Shown one piece after another: positions 31,855 to 41,800 of a stretch of 64,000 bases of DNA. The DNA is from Candidatus Poribacteria bacterium (lineage in GTDB: Bacteria > Poribacteria > WGA-4E > PCPOR2b): assembly GCA_965208325.1 (NCBI GenBank), contig OZ242326.1, positions 992,001 to 1,056,000 on the forward strand. The letters run 5' to 3'. Numbering within the stretch: position 1 is the first letter of the stretch; each line of letters begins with the position of its first letter. The notes below the pieces were generated by a model. It was given only the letters and a program-made list of their open reading frames with translations, had not been told where the DNA came from and made no database searches. The position numbers and the translations under genes are program-made.

Positions 31855-34800
31855 ATGTCTATTCCGAAAATCTCCGTGAGCAATCCAGTTTTAGCGAACC
31901 TCCTCATGGTTACCATTATCCTGTTTGGCGTATATTCATGGATTGTTCTTCCGAGAGATTTAACCCCTGAAATCTCATTTCGAATTGCCACTGTCACGAC
32001 CTTCTATCCTGGCGCCTCTTCAGAAGAGGTTGAAAAACTTGTCACTGCGCCGATTGAAGAAGCAATTGAAGAGGGTGTGAATAATATTGACCTTATGTTG
32101 TCCGTTTCATCGGAAGCGCGGTCGGTCATCTCAGTTCAATTTGAGGAGATTAGCGACCGCGATTTCGACAAACAGTTTCAGAATCTCCGTACCTCGGTCG
32201 ACAGGGTCAATGATCTCCCAAATGAAATTCCAGATGAACCTCAGGTTGTGTCACTCGACACGTCAACCGGTTTTCCGATGCTGACTATCGCTGTGGGCGG
32301 CAATATTTCAGAGAATGAGATGAAACAGATTGCCGAAAACCTGAAGGACGACATTTTGGAAATCGAAAATATTTCCACAGTCCGTCTGGTGGGTTTACGA
32401 GAAAGAGAAATATGGGTTGAAGCGGATCCGGATAGACTCAGAGCGCATAATCTTCCAATTAACGAGGTAATCAATGCGTTGAAAACCCACAATCTAAACG
32501 TCCCTGCAGGAACGTTGGAAATTGGCGCATCCGAGTATTTAGTTCGTACCATGGGAGAGTTTGGAAACTTAGAGGAGATTGAAGATACTATCATTCGCGT
32601 CCGCGGCACAGGGACACCATTGCGCGTGCGGGATATTGCCAAGGTCTCCGACACTTATGAGAAACCGCGAACGCTTTCGCATATCAACGGCGCGCCATCC
32701 ATCAGCTTGACCATCCAAAAGAAAACAGAGGGCAACACTATCAGGCTGGTCAAGCAGATTCGCGAGCTTGTCGAGAAACGAAAACGCGATATTCCGGAGC
32801 GGGCAGAAATCTCCGTGGTGAATGATTACTCTGTCGTTTTGAGCGAACGGCTCGGTATTCTACAAAACAACGCTGTCTTTGGAATTATCCTTGTTGTTAT
32901 TTTACTCTTCCTGTTTATGGGATGGCGTAACGCGATGTTTGCAGCGTTGGGAATCCCGGTTGCGTTCATGGCGACATTTTTCTTTATGCAGGCGACAGGA
33001 TATATACTCAGCGGGGTTGCGTTATTCGGTTTAATTCTCGTGGTTGGGATTGTTGTGGACGACGCTATCGTAGTCATTGAAAATGTGTTCCGCCATATTC
33101 AGCAAGGCAAGTCTCCCAAAGAAGCGGCAGTGGCTGGCGCGGAAGAGGTAGGCTGGCCAGTCCTGTCAGCCAGCTTAACTACGATTGCCGCGTTTGGGCC
33201 GCTTATGTTCATGTCGGGCGTTTCGGGCCAGTTCATGCGTGTTGTCCCTATCGTGGCTATTTTGGTGATACTTGCATCACTGCTAGAGGTTTTCATGATT
33301 TTACCTGCTCACATCTCTGAATGGGGAAAACCACAAAGCCGGCATGAGCGGCGGCATGTATGGTTTGATAAGGTGCGCAGAGGTTATTTGAAAATATTAA
33401 AGCCGATGATTCGATGGCGGTATATCGTGTTCTCCGGCGTTCTGGTCTTCGGCGCGATCGTCTGTGTCACAGCATTTCTATTACTGGATAGGGAGCTCTT
33501 TCCCGGCGAGGATTTTTCACAATTTTACATTAAGGCAGAAATGCCAACCTCTTTCGGATTGACGGAAACGTCTGCAGTGTTGACAAAAATCGAGGAAATT
33601 GCAATGTCCCTCCCGGCGCATGAGCGGGTCGCTGTAATATCCAATATCGGTATGCTCACTCCAACGTCCGGCATGGATAGCACCACCTTGCGGTCAAATG
33701 CCGGCGAGGTTCTGGTAGAGCTTGTGCCGAAAGACCAGCGCGATCGGAGCGTGGACGAGATTATCGCATCCCTGCGTGAAAAGGCCCTTGCAATTGGCGG
33801 CGTTGAAAAGCTGCTATTTGACAAATTGCAAGGCGGTCCGCCGCAAGGCCAAGATGTTGAAGTGAAGGTAAAAGGAGAACACTTTGGCCCCTTACAGAGG
33901 ATTGCAGGATTGCTCAAGGATGAACTCCGCAAGATGGATGGCGTTTACGACATACGAGATGATTTCCTCACAGGCAAAGCTGAACTTCAAGTACGAATCA
34001 ATGAGGAAAAAGCACATCAATACGGGTTGAATGTATTCCAAATCGCGTACACGATGCGCAACGCCCTCGAAGGGAACATCACTACCACGTATCGAGATGC
34101 GGACGAATCGATTGATGTGGTTGTGAAGTACGATCAGGGCAGCCTACAGACAATTTCAGATCTCCAAGAACTGCTAATCGCATCCCCGAACGGCACTATT
34201 GTACCGTTAAAGGATGTGGCGGAGGTGCAAGAGAATCAAGGATATATGGAAATCCGGCGTTTCGAAAACGAACGCGCTATTACCGTGTATGCCAGAGTGG
34301 AAAAAGAAAAGATTTCTGCCGTTGAAGCCAACCAAGCACTGATACAAGCTTTCGGCAACGTCGGGTCAATGTTTCCCGGCTATCGGCTTGACTTTCGCGG
34401 TGTGTTCGACCAAATAAATGAATCATTCGCTGAACTTGTAAAACTGTTTGTGGTCGGGCTATTGATAATCTATGTGATTTTAGGCACACAGTTCAAATCG
34501 TTCCTTCAACCGATTATCATTCTCTTTGCGGTTCCGTTCGGAATTATCGGCGCTATGGTTGGATTATTAGCGGTCGGATCGACGTTGAGCATGATTGCTA
34601 TGTTCGGAATTGTCGCGCTCGCAGGTATCGTGATCAATGATTCCATCGTATTGATAGACTTCATCAATAGATACCGCGACCGCGGCTACAACAAGTGGCG
34701 CGCTATCCTAAAAGCCGGAAGCATTCGTTTAAGGCCGATTATCTTAACCTCTGTTACAACTGTCTTTGGTTTGATTCCGATGGCGACCGGGCTTGGGGGA

Positions 34801-34998
34801 AAGTCTCCGATCTGGATGCCGTTAGCGAGCACAATCATTTTTGGACTTTCCGCCGCAACGCTATTGACGTTATTTGTTATGCCGCCGTTATACGCGATAA
34901 TAGCCGATTTGCGCGGGGTGTTTATTAGGCGTGAGCGCCGAGAATCTGTGAGTGAGGTTGAGGAATTTCCCGATGCCGCAGTACCCGCAGATGATTGA
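31855..34998 (+). CDS. RND (AcrB/AcrD/AcrF family) transporter permease
   Basis: YPGASSEEVE, VVDDAIVVIEN and RLRPIILTS motifs; 12-TM two-repeat layout. Confidence 0.96.
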   Translation: MSIPKISVSNPVLANLLMVTIILFGVYSWIVLPRDLTPEISFRIATVTTFYPGASSEEVEKLVTAPIEEAIEEGVNNIDLMLSVSSEARSVISVQFEEISDRDFDKQFQNLRTSVDRVNDLPNEIPDEPQVVSLDTSTGFPMLTIAVGGNISENEMKQIAENLKDDILEIENISTVRLVGLREREIWVEADPDRLRAHNLPINEVINALKTHNLNVPAGTLEIGASEYLVRTMGEFGNLEEIEDTIIRVRGTGTPLRVRDIAKVSDTYEKPRTLSHINGAPSISLTIQKKTEGNTIRLVKQIRELVEKRKRDIPERAEISVVNDYSVVLSERLGILQNNAVFGIILVVILLFLFMGWRNAMFAALGIPVAFMATFFFMQATGYILSGVALFGLILVVGIVVDDAIVVIENVFRHIQQGKSPKEAAVAGAEEVGWPVLSASLTTIAAFGPLMFMSGVSGQFMRVVPIVAILVILASLLEVFMILPAHISEWGKPQSRHERRHVWFDKVRRGYLKILKPMIRWRYIVFSGVLVFGAIVCVTAFLLLDRELFPGEDFSQFYIKAEMPTSFGLTETSAVLTKIEEIAMSLPAHERVAVISNIGMLTPTSGMDSTTLRSNAGEVLVELVPKDQRDRSVDEIIASLREKALAIGGVEKLLFDKLQGGPPQGQDVEVKVKGEHFGPLQRIAGLLKDELRKMDGVYDIRDDFLTGKAELQVRINEEKAHQYGLNVFQIAYTMRNALEGNITTTYRDADESIDVVVKYDQGSLQTISDLQELLIASPNGTIVPLKDVAEVQENQGYMEIRRFENERAITVYARVEKEKISAVEANQALIQAFGNVGSMFPGYRLDFRGVFDQINESFAELVKLFVVGLLIIYVILGTQFKSFLQPIIILFAVPFGIIGAMVGLLAVGSTLSMIAMFGIVALAGIVINDSIVLIDFINRYRDRGYNKWRAILKAGSIRLRPIILTSVTTVFGLIPMATGLGGKSPIWMPLASTIIFGLSAATLLTLFVMPPLYAIIADLRGVFIRRERRESVSEVEEFPDAAVPADD

Positions 34999-35094
34999 AA
35001 AGTGAACCTTGGTGTGTCGGTTGAAAGCCGAATATCATTAGGACGTACGCAGATTTAGGTTGAGACGGTGTATTTCGATGGTTCATCAATGATG

Positions 35095-35150
35095 CGGGGC
35101 AAGATGCCCCGCCTACAGTGGGTGTAGCGGGGACAGGATGACCCGTCTAG
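35095..35150. repeat. REP-like double hairpin
   Basis: GCGGGGCAAGATGCCCCGC-CTAC...GTAG-CGGGGACAGGATGACCCG. Confidence 0.5.
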
Positions 35151-35151
35151 A

Positions 35152-36183
35152 ATGGTGCGTAAGTCCTATTCACTTAAAACCGCTAAAGAAAACAGACGGA
35201 AATTGTTTGAACGGCAAGTTGCAATTGACGCTGTCCTGCAGGCAATTCAATTATGTCAGCGTGTGCAAACCGAAATGGTAGATACCGATTCGGTTGGCAA
35301 GTCTGATGGGAGTCCTGTAACCGTTGCGGACTTTGGCTCACAGGCGACAATTTGCCGGGTTATAAGGGACAGGTTTCCAGAAGACGTTATCGTCGCAGAA
35401 GAGGATGCCCAAGCATTGCGGGAAGATTCGACGCTACTTGACCGCGTAGCGTCTTTCGTCTCGCAACAGGGAGAAGATACATCGCTTCAAGCTGTCTGCG
35501 ATTGGATAGACCGGGGGCGGGGGAAAATCGGCCAGCGCTTCTGGACGTTGGATCCAATCGATGGAACGAAAGGATTTCTACGGGGGGATCAATACGCCAT
35601 CGCACTGGCATTGATTGTCAATGGAGTGGTGCAGCTTGGTGTATTGGGTTGTCCGAATCTCCGGCAAAAATGGAAAACGGCGGGAGGAGAACGCGGATGC
35701 CTCTTTGCGGCTGAAAGAGGCAATGGAACGCACATGCTTTCACTGGATGGCCGTTTCAAAGAACCGGTTCGCGTTTCTCACACCGTGCACCGCCTTGCAG
35801 AGAGTTTGGAATCAGCGCATGGAGACCGCGCTGCCAATGCATCCATTGCCCGCAATCTCAAGTTTACCGAACCTCCAATTCGGGTTGATAGCCAGGCAAA
35901 ATATGGTCTAATCGCACGCGGAGAGGCATCGGTGTATATCCGCCTTCCACATCCGATAACGCCCGACAGACATGAATGCATATGGGATCATGCGGCTGGA
36001 CTGATAGTAGTGGAGGAAGCAGGCGGAATGGTAAGCGATGCAGACGGGAAGCGGCTGGATTTCCTTCAAGGGCGGCGGTTTACCGCCAACCGCGGGATTG
36101 TGGCAACTAACGGCGTAATGCACCCTCATGTGCTTGAAGGCGTTCGGCTGCATTCAAATGCTGGCAGCGGACCGCCTTCTTGA
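35152..36183 (+). CDS. 3'(2'),5'-bisphosphate nucleotidase, HAL2/SAL type
   Basis: SPVTVADF, LDPIDGTKGFLRGDQYA, DSQAKY and IWDHAAG motifs; start codon uncertain. Confidence 0.92.
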   Translation: MVRKSYSLKTAKENRRKLFERQVAIDAVLQAIQLCQRVQTEMVDTDSVGKSDGSPVTVADFGSQATICRVIRDRFPEDVIVAEEDAQALREDSTLLDRVASFVSQQGEDTSLQAVCDWIDRGRGKIGQRFWTLDPIDGTKGFLRGDQYAIALALIVNGVVQLGVLGCPNLRQKWKTAGGERGCLFAAERGNGTHMLSLDGRFKEPVRVSHTVHRLAESLESAHGDRAANASIARNLKFTEPPIRVDSQAKYGLIARGEASVYIRLPHPITPDRHECIWDHAAGLIVVEEAGGMVSDADGKRLDFLQGRRFTANRGIVATNGVMHPHVLEGVRLHSNAGSGPPS

Positions 36184-36241
36184 AAATGCAATCATAAATT
36201 CAAGAGATTGGACGTAGCTCAGGACATTTTTTCCGCCGCAA

Positions 36242-36940
36242 TCACGATTCCAACCGCGTTTGCCTTAACAGACCGTAACCTTCCATAATTTGCGTGCAGT
36301 TGTTCTCACCGATGATGTCGGCGCCGGCTTCAAGCATTGCGAGTGCCTTCTCGGTCGTCGCAATGTGGCCGCCCGCAGCCTTGACTCCGAAATCTGGCCC
36401 AACAGTATCTCGGAGGATGCGAACGTGGTCTAGTGTGCACCCGCCGCGCCAGCCGGTCGAAGTCTTCACGAAATCAGCTCCCGATTCTTTTACTAGCTTG
36501 GCTGCAGCGACGATCTCCGCTGTAGAGAGCATTGTGGTCTCAACGATGAACTTAACCTCTGCATCTGAATTCGCTTGCCGAGCGGCATTGACCATCGCCC
36601 TCAACTCTCGCCGAACGTAATCGAGATTGCCCGCGCGCAGTGCAGGATAGTTAATCATGCAGTCAATACTGTCCGCGCCCTTTTCCACCATCATCTTGGC
36701 TTCCAGAACCTTCACTTCAGGGGGTGAAAATCCACTGGGGAACGCCACGATTCCCACGATGGGGATACCGCTGCCTTGCATTTCACGCTTTACCACATCC
36801 ATCATATACCAAGTCGCGCACATGGCTCGCAAGCCGTATTTTTTGGCTTCACTACAGCGCAAAATCCAACCCTCTTCTAATTCTTCGGCTTCTCTGCACC
36901 CGAGTTCCAGCGATTTCGCTAGTTGTTCTTTAGAAATCAT
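36242..36940 (-). CDS. deoC: deoxyribose-phosphate aldolase family protein (divergent)
   Basis: VAFPSG, KFIVET, Schiff-base FVKTSTG and GVKAAGG motifs. Confidence 0.8.
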   Translation of the reverse strand: MISKEQLAKSLELGCREAEELEEGWILRCSEAKKYGLRAMCATWYMMDVVKREMQGSGIPIVGIVAFPSGFSPPEVKVLEAKMMVEKGADSIDCMINYPALRAGNLDYVRRELRAMVNAARQANSDAEVKFIVETTMLSTAEIVAAAKLVKESGADFVKTSTGWRGGCTLDHVRILRDTVGPDFGVKAAGGHIATTEKALAMLEAGADIIGENNCTQIMEGYGLLRQTRLES

Positions 36941-37215
36941 TTGGTTTTCCTTCCAATTCTCTTGAGATACGGCAAGTTTTTTCGCAATTTCTATTTACCT
37001 GCCGCCCTGCTAGGGCTATGCGATTGGTTAATGCCGTTTTCTATACACATGTCCCTACACTACAGCGGGCAATCCGGTGACAAATAAGCGAGTGAACAGC
37101 ATGTGCTATCGGGAGGCGCAAGGCATACAAGTCCAGTCATTGCGAATTGGCCGATGCCAATAGCGTTTGCAATATTGACGTCACCACAATGCCAATACGC
37201 CGCAATTATCGACGG

Positions 37216-38736
37216 TCATTGGTGCGGCCAAATCGGTTCCATGTCCCATGCGTCAAGCGAAACGAGTTTCGCTGAGCCGCCCCGAGCAAAAAACGCGACA
37301 TTCACGCAGTCAAACTGGGAAGGGTATATGCGTTTCGCCAAGCAACTCCGATCGTTGGCAAATACTTCGATCACCGACCGATCAAGAAAAATTCGAAGCC
37401 GAAGCGGTTCGTTGTCACCAAGTTCTAAGGGTGCCGCTTGTTCCTCAAAATCTACGACATCCGGGTTTTGGCTTGAACGGCTGACATCAACCTTAATCCG
37501 GCGCTCGGTAACCGAGAAGCTCACGAGGGTCTGCTCTGCGCTATCTGAAGAATACCGAAACGCAAAACCGCACTCATGCGCCGAGAGCGCTTCAATCACG
37601 GCGCTAATCTCAAGAACGTCGTTGCCGATGCCTTCAAGGCCAATTTCCTCGCCGGGAGGGACAACTATCTCGGACACGCGGCGGTGACGCCGCCGCAGCT
37701 TATCAATCTCGGCGATCGGCTCCATTCTCAACGCGCCGCTGCCGGTCAAGGACAGAACCCGAGGAATAGCCATGATGCCGCACCATCCAGAGGCTTTTTG
37801 AACCGAGAATTGCCGTCCTTCGCCAATCCACGAAAACAGTATACGCCGCCCGTCCGGAGCCTCCAGCGTGGCGGGAGCTAGGTAGTTACCAGATTCCATC
37901 GTGACGCCAATTGTGGGATTGTGGTTGAGGCGGCTGTGTTGCTCCGGGTGAAACTTCTTCTCCGAGGGCGAATATGTACCGAGGTAGTATTGCGCGCCGT
38001 GCTTGTGGCTGGAGAAAACGAGCATGTGCTTGTCTCCAATTGAGAAAAAGTCAGGGACGGCGCAATCCTCATCGACTTCGGTCCAACTCCGTTTGCTCTC
38101 ATAAAACTCGTGCTGATATTCCCAGTTGATGAAATCCGTGGACGTAAGTAGAAAAGCCGTGTCACCACGTTCGGTACGCCCACCGCAGATTAGATGCCAA
38201 AGATTTCCAAATTTCCAAACGCATGGGTCGAAAGGTCTCCATGGCGACCCCGCGGGCGGGGGCGGAATAATAGGGTTGCCCTCGAATTTTTCCCAATGGA
38301 CGAGCGACAAATCTGCCGGGTGACCGCGGGCAATACATATTCCAGCCGGATTGCCGTAGTAAACCGCGGTCGGCACACCATCAACAATCACAATTGGCCC
38401 GCTCCAGCAACCATCTCTATCCGGCCCGCCGGGCGTCGGCGAAAGTGCTACCGGCAGATCCGTCCAATGGACGAGGTCTTCGCTCATAGCATGCCCCCAA
38501 TGCATATTGGAATCTTCTACTTCGTAGGGGTTGTTCTGATAGAATAGGTGGTACTTCCCCTGCCAGTAGAGGGGGCCGTTAGGGTCTTTGAGGAGGTTGG
38601 CTGGCGCGGCATAATGATAGAGCGGCCGATAGGGATCGGCCGCAAGCCGCACCCGAGCACTCTTCACAGCCGCCGGAAGATTTAGTGGTGCGACCGATTG
38701 GACGAGCATGTCTTTGGACATATCGCCGTTGCTCAT
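37216..38736 (-). CDS. glycoside hydrolase family 32-like protein with non-canonical motifs
   Basis: RPLYH, DPNG, YHLFYQ, HWGHAMSEDLVHW, CWSG and DRSVIEVF motifs; GAGGTG RBS at the 38736 start (alternative start 38844). Confidence 0.9.
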   Translation of the reverse strand: MSNGDMSKDMLVQSVAPLNLPAAVKSARVRLAADPYRPLYHYAAPANLLKDPNGPLYWQGKYHLFYQNNPYEVEDSNMHWGHAMSEDLVHWTDLPVALSPTPGGPDRDGCWSGPIVIVDGVPTAVYYGNPAGICIARGHPADLSLVHWEKFEGNPIIPPPPAGSPWRPFDPCVWKFGNLWHLICGGRTERGDTAFLLTSTDFINWEYQHEFYESKRSWTEVDEDCAVPDFFSIGDKHMLVFSSHKHGAQYYLGTYSPSEKKFHPEQHSRLNHNPTIGVTMESGNYLAPATLEAPDGRRILFSWIGEGRQFSVQKASGWCGIMAIPRVLSLTGSGALRMEPIAEIDKLRRRHRRVSEIVVPPGEEIGLEGIGNDVLEISAVIEALSAHECGFAFRYSSDSAEQTLVSFSVTERRIKVDVSRSSQNPDVVDFEEQAAPLELGDNEPLRLRIFLDRSVIEVFANDRSCLAKRIYPSQFDCVNVAFFARGGSAKLVSLDAWDMEPIWPHQ

Positions 38737-39351
38737 TTTGCACCTCGTGTCTATTTGATTAATGCTATAAGCACCCAATCCGATGAGCACCAGACGCGCC
38801 GATAACAGTGTGCAGAATAGCCGTTTTATACAGAACCCCCTCATTTTTCTGCCACCTTCGGTTTGAATCAGCTAGTCCAACTATGCGAAGCAAGATACAC
38901 AATTGGTAACACTCAAACGATTTACGTTTCCCTCTAGATTGCGTAGATTCGGCGTATTTACGGTTGAAGCGCTTTAGCCTCCACATGATTCTATGAGCGG
39001 GTTCTAGAATAGCCGACATTATAACACGATTGCGGGAGATTAAACAGATAATTTGCAGTAAGCCTAACGGCGAGGACTCCCCGTCCATTGACTAATACGG
39101 GTTGAATCAATTATTGATTGTTAGGTCGAGATTTATAGCGATTTATGTTCGACACGAAACGTCAATCTTGAAAAACTAAGTACAGCAATTCTAAATCGTT
39201 TCTGAATTGTGAACAAAAGGTTGCGAGACCCAATGCCTACGTAAAACCATGCATCTTCGTGTTGCTCTTAAACCCTCTATTGCAGTGAAATGTCAAAAAA
39301 AAACTAGAATCCGTGGCATTTTATTTACAATATTCTCTCAATGTATAGTAT

Positions 39352-39372
39352 AATATTGCGGGGTGCAATATT
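39352..39372. promoter_or_regulatory. palindromic operator candidate overlapping a TATAAT box
   Basis: AATATTGC-N5-GCAATATT; TATAAT at 39349-39354. Confidence 0.45.
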
Positions 39373-39525
39373 GTGCGCCGTATAGACTATATGAAGAATT
39401 GGGCGTAGTTTCAAGAGATTCCGCAATTTTGCAAACCTTTAGTCACAAGATTCGCGCATCTAGCTTCGCTTAGTTGGGTATGCTGATTCAAACCGAAGGT
39501 GTCATAAAAACGAAAGGGGTTCTGT

Positions 39526-40353
39526 ATGAAAAGGCTATTCGGCACACTGTTATCGGTGAGTCTGGTGCTCATTGGGTTGAGTGCATACAGCATCGATCAG
39601 AATAACATCCTCGTCCATTGGTCATTCGACGAACTTGATGGCGAGATATTCAAAGACGAATCGGGCAATGGCCATGATGGAAGACTTGACGGCGACGGCG
39701 CAGTCGTCGAAGGGAGAATTAACAACGCTGTCCATCTGACCGGCGGTTACGTCACTTTGGCTTCGGGTATAGGCAATGTTGTTGAGTCCGTGGGTGCAAC
39801 CGGTGAAATCTCTATGGAGGCGTCGATTTACTTGAGCGCCCATGACGCTTGGGATTCGGTAATTTCAATTGGGGAAGGCGATGAAAATGGTCCGCTAGAG
39901 GGAAACAGAGCAATCATTTTCCGAATGATGGTCTCCCCTGATCTCACGCCATACTGGAACATAGGTTATCGAGCAGACCACAACTTCCCAGATTTCGTGT
40001 TCGACCTGGACACATGGTATCACTACGTCATTACGGGCGATAGCGTAACCAGCAAAATTTACATTAACGGCGAGCTAATCGTTGATGACCCACATGCCAA
40101 CCACAATGTACCGGCGGACTTCGCATTCGCGACGTATACAGATGTGTTCATGTTTGTTGGAGCGGGCGAAGCACCACACGTCTGGAGGTTTGAAGACGCA
40201 ATTGTTGATGAGGTTGCAATCTACAATAAGGTGCTCTCCGAAGGCGAAATCAACGATTTGATGGCGAACGGGATTCCCGGGGTCCTCACCTCAGTTGATG
40301 CACAGGACAAATTAGCCGCACGCTGGGGCGAAATTAAAGCGCAGCACGAATAG
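39526..40353 (+). CDS. secreted LamG-like jellyroll protein with C-terminal WGxIK motif
   Basis: Signal peptide; HWSFDE, DESGNGHDG, WYHY, IYING and VDEVAIYNKVLS motifs. Confidence 0.92.
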   Translation: MKRLFGTLLSVSLVLIGLSAYSIDQNNILVHWSFDELDGEIFKDESGNGHDGRLDGDGAVVEGRINNAVHLTGGYVTLASGIGNVVESVGATGEISMEASIYLSAHDAWDSVISIGEGDENGPLEGNRAIIFRMMVSPDLTPYWNIGYRADHNFPDFVFDLDTWYHYVITGDSVTSKIYINGELIVDDPHANHNVPADFAFATYTDVFMFVGAGEAPHVWRFEDAIVDEVAIYNKVLSEGEINDLMANGIPGVLTSVDAQDKLAARWGEIKAQHE

Positions 40354-40400
40354 AACCTCAGCGATGGATATTTACATTTATAATTACTAGTAACATTTTT

Positions 40401-40433
40401 ATTGTAGGGGCGTAGTCGTTTTGCCCCTACAAT
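40401..40433 (+). terminator. GTAG-REP hairpin, possible terminator after a LamG gene
   Basis: ATTGTAGGGGC...GCCCCTACAAT; paralogue at 42685-42717 has compensatory base changes. Confidence 0.55.
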
Positions 40434-40498
40434 ACCTTTATCATCGGTCATTACCGATGTAAATGCCAAAAATTCCCGCTAATTCGTACGAGAGTGCC

Positions 40499-41296
40499 AT
40501 GAATACATATGACTGCGAACCTACCTTGACCGACACACAGGTACTGGAGTTCTGCAAGCAGGGCTTCTTGATGTTGGAGGGCGTTGTACCCGATGAAATC
40601 AACCGGCAGGCGTTTGAATTCTTGGCGGAGCACACCGAGCACGGATGTTCTGTCGGCAGCATAGACGGGGTTATTGAGAACGTGCTGCTAAACCCGCAAG
40701 CCACAGGCGCGATACGGTCTCTCTTAGGCAAGAACTTCACCTATCCTGCGGACCTGTACGGTCCTGGAAATCAGATAAAGTGTCCAAAGCCGGCAGGGCC
40801 GTGGCACATAGACGGCGGCGCCGTGTTTGGTCCCCATCTGGACTGTCTGCAGGTTTTCTACATCCCGCAGGATACGCCGCTAGAACTGGGACCGACGGAG
40901 GTGTTGCCCGGATCCCATTTCCTCATTGCTGACGGTATTCCTTCCATGGCGCACTACGGCAGTATCCGGGGGGCAGTCCCCACAGCGGGACCGGCAGGCT
41001 CCATTTTTCTCACCGCCTATCCCATTTGGCACCGCCGCGGGGCATCCACGGCAAAGGGCGTCCGCAATTTGCTGAAGTATTCTTATAAACGCACCGTTCC
41101 GCCGGAACGAGACTGGATTCGAGAACCGAACTTCGTGCCCCGGCGCGCCAAAGATGCACCGCCGCGGCAAAAATTTCATCGAGAACACCAACGAGCCATC
41201 TATGATGCTGCCGAGATGTTCTACTGGCTTTGCGGTATGCACAGTGAATATCATACGACCAGCGGAAATAATTTTCCGGTTCACCATTCTAGTTGA
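40499..41296 (+). CDS. PhyH-family dioxygenase (CEPTL subfamily)
   Basis: WHIDG, GPTEVLPGSH and AGSI..WHRR motifs. Confidence 0.88.
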   Translation: MNTYDCEPTLTDTQVLEFCKQGFLMLEGVVPDEINRQAFEFLAEHTEHGCSVGSIDGVIENVLLNPQATGAIRSLLGKNFTYPADLYGPGNQIKCPKPAGPWHIDGGAVFGPHLDCLQVFYIPQDTPLELGPTEVLPGSHFLIADGIPSMAHYGSIRGAVPTAGPAGSIFLTAYPIWHRRGASTAKGVRNLLKYSYKRTVPPERDWIREPNFVPRRAKDAPPRQKFHREHQRAIYDAAEMFYWLCGMHSEYHTTSGNNFPVHHSS

Positions 41297-41363
41297 GTCT
41301 AACTTTTCGTCTGCTAATACGGAGAAGGCTATGCCAAGCGGCCGCCGTTGAGTTCACATTGAT

Positions 41364-41728
41364 ACGTTGCGGCGGCGGCTTGAGCACAACGCTTCCGTAA
41401 AATTCCTTTCCTCTCAATCAAGACGCTGATACTATTTGCAGTGAGTATCAACAATCCTACCAACCGTCGTAAGTTGAACCCAAGGCTTGTAAGGCGACAC
41501 TATTAGCTATCAGGATTATTTCCAAAGAGAAATTCACGCAGGCATTAAGAGATAACTTGTGTGAGACTCATCCAACCAAAACAATCTTGACGATTTTGCA
41601 ATCCATTGAGTCAGCCCTGCAATGGAAGGCATAACGATGTACGCCCAGCGTGCAAGGGTTTACCCCCGCGGGCGTAGTTTTCATGTTCGCGGGAATAATT
41701 CTCGCGGAACAAAGCCGCGCCGAATTAG
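41364..41728 (+). repeat. decayed duplicate of the leader and signal-peptide region of 43036..43821
   Basis: Collinear with 42762-43126; both end in CAAAGCCGCGCCGAATTAG. Confidence 0.8.
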
Positions 41729-41800
41729 TTTTCAGTAATGACTAAAGACGATTCAGGTGCGGCAATTGGTTGTTTAAATAAAAGTAAAGGAGTGCTAACA

